A DNA stretch of 59,610 bases, taken from positions 1 to 59,610 of the forward strand of contig CAWHCF010000003.1 in the NCBI GenBank assembly GCA_963827655.1, given 5' to 3'. The position numbers and the translations under genes are program-made. Of this stretch, positions 10,318-19,057 are shown in pieces (position 1 is the first letter of the stretch; each line of letters opens with the position of its first letter). A model generated the notes under the pieces. That model saw only the letters and a program-made list of their open reading frames with translations, had not been told where the DNA came from and searched no databases. This DNA is from an uncultured Acidobacteriota bacterium. GTDB lineage: Bacteria; Acidobacteriota; UBA6911.

Positions 10318-10601
10318 AAGTCCACTGGACAGAGACGGCAGTTAACCAACTGGTAGCTATCCATGATTATATTGCACGGGACTCGCCGGCCTATGCTCTT
10401 CGCGTGGTCGATCGTTTGACACGCCGCTCTCAACAAATCGGCCAATTTCCTAACTCCGGTCGGATGGTTCCGGAATGGGACCTTCCTCATCTGCGTGAGG
10501 TGATCGAGGGTCCGTATCGTATTATTTACCGTATTCGCGAAGTTCAGATAGATGTTGTCACGGTTATCCATGGAGCACAGCAAACGCCATGGAGTGTTTA
10601 A
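10314..10601 (+). CDS. RelE/ParE family toxin
   Basis: MKVHWTETA..DYIARDSP..FPNSGRMVPE..YRIIYR..VIHG. Confidence 0.9.
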   Translation: MKVHWTETAVNQLVAIHDYIARDSPAYALRVVDRLTRRSQQIGQFPNSGRMVPEWDLPHLREVIEGPYRIIYRIREVQIDVVTVIHGAQQTPWSV

Positions 10602-10644
10602 CGGCTAATGCCGGACTTTAGACCTTACAAAGATCCTTCCGCGG

Positions 10645-10971
10645 ATGAGTGAGCTTCCCGTGATCGAGAAGGTGCTTCACCAGCGCGGAACCTGCCTCGT
10701 TCGGCGATTGCGCCTCGAGCCTGGCGAAGCCACACAATGGCACAGCGACCCGTTCCACCGGGTGACCGTCATCGTGAGCGGCGATGCCCTGGCAATCGAG
10801 TACCGCGATGGCGGCAACGACGATCGCATCGAGATCAGCTCCGGCCAGACGGACTGGGACGAGCCGTCTGCCCGCGTTCATCGTGCCGTCAACGTCGGCC
10901 ACCAGCCCTACGACGAGATTACGATCTTCTTTCTTGACCGGCCCGACGCGGTGCCTCAGCCCGGCGCTTGA
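10645..10971 (+). CDS. Cupin domain protein
   Basis: LEPGEATQWHSDP..VHRAVNVG cupin motifs. Confidence 0.75.
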   Translation: MSELPVIEKVLHQRGTCLVRRLRLEPGEATQWHSDPFHRVTVIVSGDALAIEYRDGGNDDRIEISSGQTDWDEPSARVHRAVNVGHQPYDEITIFFLDRPDAVPQPGA

Positions 10972-10980
10972 TGCTTCGCG

Positions 10981-11009
10981 TTTCTTCGTGTCTTCGAGTC
11001 CTCGAGGTT
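10981..11009 (-). repeat. Octamer repeat arm (reverse)
   Basis: TTTCTTCGTGTCTTCGAGTCCTCGAGGTT. Confidence 0.8.
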
Positions 11010-11055
11010 AGCGCGGCGGACCTAGGACGACCTGCCAGATTCAGGAGGGATTTCG

Positions 11056-12372
11056 TTGTTCAGAAAGATCGCTGTGATTCTTGTCTTCAGTTTCGGTCTC
11101 GGCGCCGAGGCTCAGGAACCGGCCCCCCGGTTGGTCGTGCTCCGGGCCGGTCAGCTGATCGATGGAACCGGCGGCCCTCCCCTGCGGCCGGCGATGGTGA
11201 TCGTTCGCAATGATCGAATCGAGTCCGTCGGTCAGCAATTGTCCGTGCCCGATGGTGCGACCGTGTTCGACCTGGGCTCGGCCACGCTTCTCCCCGGCCT
11301 CATCGATTTGCACACTCACCTTATGGGCAAAGTCGGGGTTCACTGGGAAGAGGAACTACTCAAAACAACGCCGAGCCAGGCCGCCATTCACGGCGTGAAA
11401 AACGCGCGCGACACGCTCTGGGCTGGTTTTACTACCTGCCGGGACATGGGTACGACATGGCCCTTCACGGACGTCGATGTACGGGATGCCATCGAGAAAG
11501 ACGCCGTTCCAGGCCCCCGCCTGCAAGTGGCCGGAAACTACGTGTCGGCGACCGGCGGCGCCGGCGACGCCAGGCAGTTTTCGATTTACGTCGACGTCCC
11601 CCTGGTCCGAAACCTGGCCGATGGCGTGGATGAAGTCCGCAAGGTGGTTCGCACCAATCTGAAACATGGCGCCGATTTCATCAAAATACTGGCCACGGGC
11701 GCAGTCCTTTCGAAAGGGATTTCGCCGGGAGCCCAGCAGTATTCCGACGAGGAGCTTCGAGTCGCGGTCGAAGAGGCCGGTCGCTGGGGACGTTACGTCG
11801 CGGCTCACGCCCACGGCACATCGGGAATCAACGCCGCCCTCAGGGCTGGAGTTCGCACAATCGACCACGGCACTATGCTGGACAATGATTCGATCGAGCT
11901 CTTGAAGTCACGCCACGCTTACTTCGTACCCACGCTGCTGGTGGGACGGACCATTCTCGAACAGGGAAAATCCCTGGGTGTCCCTGCTTCAGAGATAGAG
12001 CGGCAGCGCCAGCTGGGCGACCGGGCAGGAAACAGTTTCGCCCAGGCGCTCAAAGCAGAACTTCCGATTCCGTTCGGGACCGACGCCGGTGTGTTCCCGC
12101 ATGGTCAGAACGCGCGCGAGTTCTCCATTCGCGCGCAATACGGAGAGTCTCCCATGAAGGCCATCGTCTCGGCGACGCGGATCTCGGCCGAGGCGATGGG
12201 CTGGGCCGACAGGGTTGGCGCCGTTCGATCCGGGATGTTCGCCGATCTGGTCGCGGTTTCCGGTGACCCGCTCAAGGACATTACCGAACTGGAGCGGGTG
12301 AAGTTTGTCATGAAGGGAGGAATTGTCTACCGCGACGAACTCACGAAACGTGCCGCTGGGAGTAACCACTAA
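11056..12372 (+). CDS. Secreted metal-dependent amidohydrolase (Xaa-Pro dipeptidase-like)
   Basis: PGLIDLHTH, ADFIK, AAHAHG, TIDHG, FGTDAG, ADLVAVSGDPL; TTG start after AGGAGG. Confidence 0.9.
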   Translation: MFRKIAVILVFSFGLGAEAQEPAPRLVVLRAGQLIDGTGGPPLRPAMVIVRNDRIESVGQQLSVPDGATVFDLGSATLLPGLIDLHTHLMGKVGVHWEEELLKTTPSQAAIHGVKNARDTLWAGFTTCRDMGTTWPFTDVDVRDAIEKDAVPGPRLQVAGNYVSATGGAGDARQFSIYVDVPLVRNLADGVDEVRKVVRTNLKHGADFIKILATGAVLSKGISPGAQQYSDEELRVAVEEAGRWGRYVAAHAHGTSGINAALRAGVRTIDHGTMLDNDSIELLKSRHAYFVPTLLVGRTILEQGKSLGVPASEIERQRQLGDRAGNSFAQALKAELPIPFGTDAGVFPHGQNAREFSIRAQYGESPMKAIVSATRISAEAMGWADRVGAVRSGMFADLVAVSGDPLKDITELERVKFVMKGGIVYRDELTKRAAGSNH

Positions 12373-12395
12373 GACGCGAAGACTCGAAGAAACAC
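12364..12395 (+). repeat. Octamer repeat arm (forward), overlapping the amidohydrolase stop
   Basis: AACCACTAAGACGCGAAGACTCGAAGAAACAC. Confidence 0.8.
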
Positions 12396-12396
12396 T

Positions 12397-13105
12397 TTAG
12401 AAATCGCTGCGCCCCAGTCGCTCTAGCAGAGTCAAGCGATCTTGAAGGCTCGCGGGCAGAGGCTCGAAGACCTGCACCCGGCCTTTAGCCACGGCAACCG
12501 CACGCGATGCCAGGCCGGCGAAGGGCTCGATCTCATGAGTGGCGACCAGGGCGAGACCTCCGGATCGGCAAACATTCTCAAGCCATTCCGAGATCTTGAC
12601 GCGGATTCCTCGATCCATGGTGTCAAGAGGCTCGTCGAGAACCAGGGTTTTGGGCCCACCGATCAACGCCGCCGCCAGTAAGGCGCGGCGCCGCTGACCT
12701 TTTGAAAGCTGGCGGAGTGACCGCTTCCGCACATCCTCCAGTCCTACCTCGAGAAGCACTTCCGCGGCATCAGTCACCGGGACGCCGCGCAGCCAGCAAA
12801 CCAGGCGGAGGATTTCTTCCACCGACGCATACGGGGTAACGTCGGGCTGTTCCGGCACATAGGCCAGGTCTCGACGCGCATTCACCTCGTGGCGCCAGAG
12901 ATCAAACCCATTGACCAGGACCGATCCGAAGTCGGGCTTCTCGACACCGGCTGCCAGCTTGAGCAGAGTACTCTTGCCCGAGCCATTGGCTCCCAGAATC
13001 AGGGTCAGACCCGAACCGATCATCAGATCCACGGCGCTCCAGACGGGCACTCCGGGCAAGGTAGGTGAAATCGACGTTCTTGAACTCGATGCGACGCTCG
13101 CTCAC
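12397..13105 (-). CDS. ABC transporter ATP-binding protein (+1 frameshift ~13060)
   Basis: GANGSGKST, LSKGQ, LDEP, ATH. The N-terminus MSERRIEFKNVDFTY lies in the adjacent frame, starting at a GTG that overlaps the upstream stop. Confidence 0.85.
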
Positions 13106-14349
13106 GATGATGGGTCGCCGGCTGCAAGATAGTGTCGCTCTCGCCACACACTGACCCTGAGATCTTGTTCCCTCTTCTGCGCCCACTTGAGTACAAACGG
13201 AATCAAGAGAAGGAGCAGCCAAGCCGTCCAGCCGCTCAGCCCAACCCAGAGGCCGGCCAGAACGCTCTCAGTGATGACCACATGGCCCAGCGTGGTTATG
13301 CTGCTCTCCGGGCGGCGCAGGGCTCCTGCAAGACGGATCGACAAGTACACGACGAGTGTGGTGGCAGGCAATAGAGCCTGGAAATGAAGCCACGCGCATG
13401 ACGCCAGAACCGGTGTGGCATGAAGGGCAAACCATGCGGCATCGTAAAGCACGCGGTAGCGGGCGGACCATGGCAGGGATCTGATCCAGGGCGAGAGCGG
13501 CCTGCGCACTGACACGCGGTCAGCCAGGAGAAGCAGAAGAAGAATCGCCCCCACAGCGCTTCCGGTACGCACCGCGATGCCGGCCCGGTAGGCATCCACG
13601 TCGTTATTAAGAAGGAAGAGCCAGCTCGCGCCCAGGGGCAGGAACGCCCAGCAATAGACCGGCAGCAGCCGCCAGCCAAGCGCCCTCCAGGTCAGGGTTG
13701 CCGGCATGAGCCACGGTGGCGCGGGACGTCCCTCACGACGCCGATTCCTCGCCCTGATCGGCTCGCCGTTCAGACCCTCGGCTGCGGCCAGGCATAGTGT
13801 GGCGACACAAATGAGCGTCCAGCTTCCGAGTGTGCTCATTATGAGAGCCGCCCATGCCAGAAGCCGTGTCCATCGATGTCCGAGCGTCGACGTTGCGTAG
13901 GCGGCACCTGAAACGACCCATGGCAGTGAAAGCAGATAAATCAACCGGACCGGCGCGCCCGCAGCCCATGCCGCGAGCCAGAGCAGCAACCAGAGCGCGG
14001 CCAGGGGGGCCTGAGCGCAAACCAGCGCCATCACCATGCTGCGTCGATGATCGGTGGCGCGGACCGGCAGATGGCGGTGCCATCCTGTTGCCGCGAGCGC
14101 GGCTTCTCGAGCAGCGAGATGGCTTATGCCCGCCGCCCAGAGCGCCAGAATCAATGGCATCGCCGCGTAGCCGCGGCCCGTCGTCAGCCCAAGGATCAGC
14201 TGGGCTGCGAAGACCTGCGGTTCGGGCTGGATCATTACCAGCGCGACCAGAACAATCAATTGGAGAGAAACGGCTCGAAGCCCCACCCGGACGCTGGTAG
14301 TAAAATGAAAGCGGAAAACCGCAAACAATGCGTTCGTTTTCAGTACCAA
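13102..14349 (-). CDS. Multi-pass membrane protein, probable ABC permease partner
   Basis: Many hydrophobic segments, an internally repeated W..xLP motif, and translational coupling to the ATPase. Confidence 0.7.
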   Translation of the reverse strand: MVLKTNALFAVFRFHFTTSVRVGLRAVSLQLIVLVALVMIQPEPQVFAAQLILGLTTGRGYAAMPLILALWAAGISHLAAREAALAATGWHRHLPVRATDHRRSMVMALVCAQAPLAALWLLLWLAAWAAGAPVRLIYLLSLPWVVSGAAYATSTLGHRWTRLLAWAALIMSTLGSWTLICVATLCLAAAEGLNGEPIRARNRRREGRPAPPWLMPATLTWRALGWRLLPVYCWAFLPLGASWLFLLNNDVDAYRAGIAVRTGSAVGAILLLLLLADRVSVRRPLSPWIRSLPWSARYRVLYDAAWFALHATPVLASCAWLHFQALLPATTLVVYLSIRLAGALRRPESSITTLGHVVITESVLAGLWVGLSGWTAWLLLLLIPFVLKWAQKREQDLRVSVWRERHYLAAGDPSS

Positions 14350-14358
14350 GCATTTCCT

Positions 14359-14427
14359 GGTGTTTCTTCGTGTCTTAGTGTCCTGGTGGTATTGGTTTCT
14401 TCAGCGCCTACCACGAAGACGCGAACG
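14359..14427. repeat. Octamer repeat element, inverted arm pair
   Basis: GGTGTTTCTTCGTGTCTTAGTGTCCTGGTGGT ... TACCACGAAGACGCGAACG. Confidence 0.8.
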
Positions 14428-14429
14428 AG

Positions 14430-17400
14430 CTACTTGCCCGTGACGAGCTGCGCGCGCGCCGCCGAACCGGGCGAGTCGAGCAGTTCGATGCGCAAAGGCT
14501 GGTCCGGCGATTTTGTTCTGTCAATTGAAAGCGTGATCGGGTGCTCGCCCGCGGCCAGATTGAGCACGGTACGGGCGGTGAGTTTGCTTTCCACGAGCTT
14601 CTCGCCGATCCACATCACCGTCCCGTCGGCGTGGCTGAGCCCAAGCGCCACCTCTCCCGGCGCCGAAACTCTCAAGTCAAAGCGGACGTTGCTCACCTTC
14701 AGCCCGCGTTGGTCCGGAACAATCGGGATATCGCTGGCGGGCAATTCACCAGCCACGGTGCTGTAGACGGGCAGCCAGCGCAGATCGTGATTTCCCACGG
14801 CGAGGTACTCACGCCCCCGGCGATTGATCAACATAGTAGCTTCCTCGGAGGCTTCGAGGACGCGCCAGCTGCGTGCCAGCCGGGCTTTGGGCGGATTGTA
14901 GGGCCCCATCTTGCCCAGCTCGGACAGAAACCTGGTCAAGTCCACGAATTCGTCGCGCCGTAGTCCGGTGGTCACGGGCATGAGCGAAATGGGATTCAAG
15001 GACGCATCCTTGACTGCGTCCCTCGGAACCGTGATTTCCTGGTCCGAACCGGCCCGTACGACGATCTCCCGCTGGTTCTGACGGAGCGCGATTCCGGTGA
15101 CAACGCCTCCATCGTTCTTTCGGACCGTCACCAGGTGGAAGCCTTCCTTGATCTGCTTGCCCGGATCGAGGAGCGATTCGACCAGGTAGTCGAGCTGGGC
15201 GCTGGCGCCGATGCTGGTCAGGTCCGGTCCGAGGCGCCCGCCGGCGCCCGCAATCGCGTGACAATCCATGCAGGCCTGCGAGGCCAGGCGGTAAATCTTC
15301 TCACCGCGCGCAGGATCGCCTTGTTCTTTGACCTCCCGGATGAATCGCTCCAGTTGCGCGGCGTCCATTTTGGGCACGGCGAGCGCCTCGCCGCCGGCTT
15401 TCTCCAGGGCTTTTTCCAGTTCTTCCGATGGACGGCCCGACGTACTGAGCCTGCGCAGACCGGCCAGGGCGACTTCCGGGGAAAGCGTCTTTCCCTCGAG
15501 CGCAGCGGACAAGGCGGCCGGGCCTTGTTCGCGCGCGAACAGGGCATCATAGACGGTCGCCGGGTCCGCCGCTTTCGGGGCCGCAGCGAGGACATCCGCG
15601 GCCAGGCGCGCGGCCGCGTCTACATCGAGCTCTGCCAGGGCCGCCACCGCCATCATGCGCATCCTCGGCGGTTCACCGCCCCGGCCGAGCTGCGCCAGAA
15701 CGGCCTTGTCTTCAGATCCGCCCAGGAGCGCCAGACCCTCAACGCTGGCCCGGCGCAGTTCGTCGCTCTGGCTGGAATCCTGGGCGAATTCGGTCAAGCG
15801 GGACCGGACAGCTATGATTTTCCAACGGCCGGCTAACCGAGCCGCCGCGCCCTGAAGCGCCGGGTCCTTGGCATCGAGCAGGGGAACGATCCGCTGCAGG
15901 TCGCCCGCCGGGCGCACGTCACGCAGGCGGGCTGCCTGATCGAGCTTCTCAATGAGTGTTCTTCCCTGAGCGGGTTCCGTAGTGCCGGCGAGGGCGATTT
16001 CGAACAGTAGCTGCAAGTCCTCAGGCCCGCCTTTGGCGGCGACTACGTCCAGCACCTCGGCCTGTTCGCTCTTGGAGGCAAGACCCCGTTGATAGACGCG
16101 AACCAGCAATTTGACCGCCGCCGGGCTGTCAACCGATTTCAAGGCATGGACCGTTTTGCGCGGATCAGATCCGAAAAAGTCCGGCTCTGCTTCCAGACGG
16201 CTGAGCCACTTCGGTTCCAGCTCCTCCAATGCCGTAGAGAGGGCAAAATCAAGATTGACGTCCAGGGGCGCGTCGAGCGTCTTCACGACTTCGCGGGCAG
16301 CCTCGGCGGTTTCCCGCTGCCGCAACACATGGATGGCTTCCAGCCTGACGCGCGGATGCGCGTCCTTGATGGAACGGCTCAACAACGAGTCGATGCCGGC
16401 GATCCGGTCATGCCAGGAATACAGCACGCGGACGCCGGCACTGCGTGCCCGGTGATCCTTCGCGGTCAGCACCCTCTCGAGCAGGCCGGTGCGGACGGCC
16501 TCTGAGGGCTGGTCCAGGGATTGATAAAGCCAGAGCGCTTCGACGCGGTGATGTTCGATGCCGGGGTCATCGGGCTTCAACGACTCCACCCAGAGTTTCA
16601 GCGCCGGCACGACCTCTTTGGGACCGCGCTCCTTGAGGGTCTGCCGGGCCTGCTCGCGCGTCCACCCCTCGGGAAGCTGCAGGGCGTTCAGCAACTCCTG
16701 GACCGGAGCGCGCGCGAGCTTGGGCGGCTTGACCAGCGGGCGGCCTTTGGCCGTAATGCGCCAGATGCGTCCATGGACATGATCGCGGCGCGGGTCCCGG
16801 AAATCGACCTCGCCATGCTGGATGATCGGGTTGTACCAGTCGGCGACGTAGATGGCGCCGTCAGGCCCCATTCTCACGTCGACCGGGCGAAAGGCCACGT
16901 GATCGCTCCACACCAGGTCTTCCGCCTGACGCGAGGCGAAACCGCTGCCGTCTTCCGAGAGGATGAACCGATTGACTCGATTGCCTCGATAATCGTTGGT
17001 GACGAGCGTTCCGACCCAGGATTCTGGTATGTGGCGGCCCAGTAGAACCTCCAGCCCGCAGTGTTTGGGCTGCCCGGGGTTGAGGCCCCGCAGGGTACGC
17101 CTGGCGTCATACGCCGTCACGAAGGTCGCGCCGGGAAACATGTAATTGATCCCCTCGGCGTAGGCGCCATCGGTGGCGAACGACTGTCCCCAGTGGTCGA
17201 ACTGGTGCCCCCATGGGTTGACGAATCCGCGCGCGAAAACCTCGAGCTGCAGCGATTCCGGTCGCAGCTGCCATACACCTCCGGCTCGCAAGCGCCGGAC
17301 GCCCCACGGTGTTTCGATGTGGCTGTGGGTGTAGATCGACTGGTTGAAGTAGAGCATGCCGTCCGGACCCCACCGGAAGGTGTGGATCATGTGGTGGACA

Positions 17401-17891
17401 TCTTCGGTCCCGAAGCCGCTCAACACCACGCGCCGCTGATCGGCTTTGCCGTCACCGTCCGTGTCTTTGAGGTGCAGGATCTCGGTAGAGTTCGCCACAT
17501 AGACGCCGCCGTCTCCCGGGGCCAGGCCGGTAGGGATCAGAAGGTTGTCGGCGAACACGACAGATTTGTCGGCGCGACCGTCGCCGTCGCTGTCTTCGAG
17601 AATGACGACCTGGTCTTCGGGTTTCTGGCCCGGCTTGATCTGAGGATAGGTCGTGCTGGTCGTGATCCAGAGCCGGCCTTGAGCATCCCAGTTCATCTGA
17701 ACCGGTTTGCGGATCATGGGATCGGAGGCGAACAGGTTGATCTGGAAGCCTTCGGCCACTTTCAGCGATTGAAGTTCTAATTGTGGATCGGGATCGGGGA
17801 TATCCTTGAGACCTCGCTGGGCCTGGAGATGGACTGCAAGAAACGCCAGCACAGCGATCGAAGCGAGCATCATCCGTGAGGAAGTCTTCAT
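14430..17891 (-). CDS. PVC-type membrane-bound dehydrogenase-like beta-propeller / HEAT-repeat / heme c (CxxCH) protein
   Basis: FASDPMIRKPVQMNWD, LEDSDGDGRAD, FRPVD..GPDGAIYVADWYN, HEAT-like middle, GDPARGEKIY..CMDCH..GPDLTSIG. Confidence 0.9.
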   Translation of the reverse strand: MKTSSRMMLASIAVLAFLAVHLQAQRGLKDIPDPDPQLELQSLKVAEGFQINLFASDPMIRKPVQMNWDAQGRLWITTSTTYPQIKPGQKPEDQVVILEDSDGDGRADKSVVFADNLLIPTGLAPGDGGVYVANSTEILHLKDTDGDGKADQRRVVLSGFGTEDVHHMIHTFRWGPDGMLYFNQSIYTHSHIETPWGVRRLRAGGVWQLRPESLQLEVFARGFVNPWGHQFDHWGQSFATDGAYAEGINYMFPGATFVTAYDARRTLRGLNPGQPKHCGLEVLLGRHIPESWVGTLVTNDYRGNRVNRFILSEDGSGFASRQAEDLVWSDHVAFRPVDVRMGPDGAIYVADWYNPIIQHGEVDFRDPRRDHVHGRIWRITAKGRPLVKPPKLARAPVQELLNALQLPEGWTREQARQTLKERGPKEVVPALKLWVESLKPDDPGIEHHRVEALWLYQSLDQPSEAVRTGLLERVLTAKDHRARSAGVRVLYSWHDRIAGIDSLLSRSIKDAHPRVRLEAIHVLRQRETAEAAREVVKTLDAPLDVNLDFALSTALEELEPKWLSRLEAEPDFFGSDPRKTVHALKSVDSPAAVKLLVRVYQRGLASKSEQAEVLDVVAAKGGPEDLQLLFEIALAGTTEPAQGRTLIEKLDQAARLRDVRPAGDLQRIVPLLDAKDPALQGAAARLAGRWKIIAVRSRLTEFAQDSSQSDELRRASVEGLALLGGSEDKAVLAQLGRGGEPPRMRMMAVAALAELDVDAAARLAADVLAAAPKAADPATVYDALFAREQGPAALSAALEGKTLSPEVALAGLRRLSTSGRPSEELEKALEKAGGEALAVPKMDAAQLERFIREVKEQGDPARGEKIYRLASQACMDCHAIAGAGGRLGPDLTSIGASAQLDYLVESLLDPGKQIKEGFHLVTVRKNDGGVVTGIALRQNQREIVVRAGSDQEITVPRDAVKDASLNPISLMPVTTGLRRDEFVDLTRFLSELGKMGPYNPPKARLARSWRVLEASEEATMLINRRGREYLAVGNHDLRWLPVYSTVAGELPASDIPIVPDQRGLKVSNVRFDLRVSAPGEVALGLSHADGTVMWIGEKLVESKLTARTVLNLAAGEHPITLSIDRTKSPDQPLRIELLDSPGSAARAQLVTGK

Positions 17892-17915
17892 TAGTGTCTT
17901 TGCGTCTTCGTGGTT
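17886..17915 (-). repeat. Octamer repeat arm filling the whole intergenic gap
   Basis: CTTCATTAGTGTCTTTGCGTCTTCGTGGTT; overlaps the upstream stop and includes the downstream ATG. Confidence 0.75.
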
Positions 17916-18909
17916 AATGCTCCTGCCGTCGCAAGAAAACCTTGTCTCGCGGCAACCGTCGCTTCTTTTCGGTGATCTGCCGATCCTTCTCGTCTACCAG
18001 AGGATCAAACTGCGGGATTTCGACCGCGTTGTTGCCCTGCTCGTACTCGCGGAACCCCCGCAGGTACGTGTCGTTTTGAGGCCGGTAACGATGGAAGAAA
18101 AACCGATCCTTTTCGATGATCAGCTGGCGCAGCGCGTCGGCCTCCTGGCTGAGACGGACCCGGCCCCCCGCTACGATCGCCGATTCCGCGGGTTGCGACC
18201 CTGAGAGGCCAAGACCGGCTTCAATAGCCAGGGCGGCGAAAAGGTATCCCGTCTCGGTCAAGTGCATGCCGTCATCGGTCCGGAACAAACCTGGCCTCTT
18301 GAGTTTATCCAGGCTGTGAAAGAGGTCGACGAAACGGTAGTCGCGCTTTTCGGCAAGTTGACGAATCGCGGTGGCATAGAGTTCGAGGTTTCGGTTTCTT
18401 TCGGCGGGATCCGGGAAGGGCGGACCCAGGTTTTCCTGTTTGACCGGCGCAAGGAGGACGATCCGCGCTCCGGTCTTTTCGAGCCGTTCAAGCAGGTGGT
18501 TGTAGCCGTCCACGAACTTCGCGAGTCCCGCTTTGCCTTCAAACGCCTCATTCGAGCCGTAGGCGGCGAAAGCGACTGTCGGGCGAAAAAGCTCCAGTGT
18601 CTTGAATAAGTGATCAAGCCCTTCCTGCCGCGTGGTCGTGCCGCGGTAGGTGCCAAAGTACAGTCGCGACTCGCCGCTGACATTGTCGCCCGACCAGCCG
18701 AGGTTGCGAAACAGGATCCGGCGGTCCGGCCAGCGCGTGGTCAGCGTCAGTTCGACGAAGCCGTATTGCTGCTCGCGCTCGATGAAGGTGGCGCCGATCA
18801 GCGCAACCCGATCTCCGTCTTTCAGTTCAAAAGGGTGTCCCGGTTCTTGTCCGGCCGGAAGGGGGCAAACCGAGATGATCAGCAGCAGGCAGCCCAGAAC
18901 TCTCGTCAT
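17914..18909 (-). CDS. SGNH/GDSL hydrolase family protein
   Basis: DGDRVALIGATF, RNLGWSGD, YGSNE, TDDGMHL. Likely start is MTRVLG (signal peptide). Ala sits at the usual block-I Ser position. Confidence 0.8.
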   Translation of the reverse strand: MTRVLGCLLLIISVCPLPAGQEPGHPFELKDGDRVALIGATFIEREQQYGFVELTLTTRWPDRRILFRNLGWSGDNVSGESRLYFGTYRGTTTRQEGLDHLFKTLELFRPTVAFAAYGSNEAFEGKAGLAKFVDGYNHLLERLEKTGARIVLLAPVKQENLGPPFPDPAERNRNLELYATAIRQLAEKRDYRFVDLFHSLDKLKRPGLFRTDDGMHLTETGYLFAALAIEAGLGLSGSQPAESAIVAGGRVRLSQEADALRQLIIEKDRFFFHRYRPQNDTYLRGFREYEQGNNAVEIPQFDPLVDEKDRQITEKKRRLPRDKVFLRRQEH

Positions 18910-18963
18910 CGCATTAGAACTAACACTACCAGGACCCGCTGCGCAAGTAGGCAACAAGATCTT

Positions 18964-18995
18964 GGGTTTCTTCGCGTCTTGGCTTCTTAGCGGTT
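18964..18995 (-). repeat. Octamer repeat arm (reverse, degenerate)
   Basis: GGGTTTCTTCGCGTCTTGGCTTCTTAGCGGTT. Confidence 0.7.
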
Positions 18996-19057
18996 TTTTT
19001 CCTTGCTAAGTCCGACTTGATCGGCGCAGGCAGAATGCGGCACAATCGCCGTCACCT

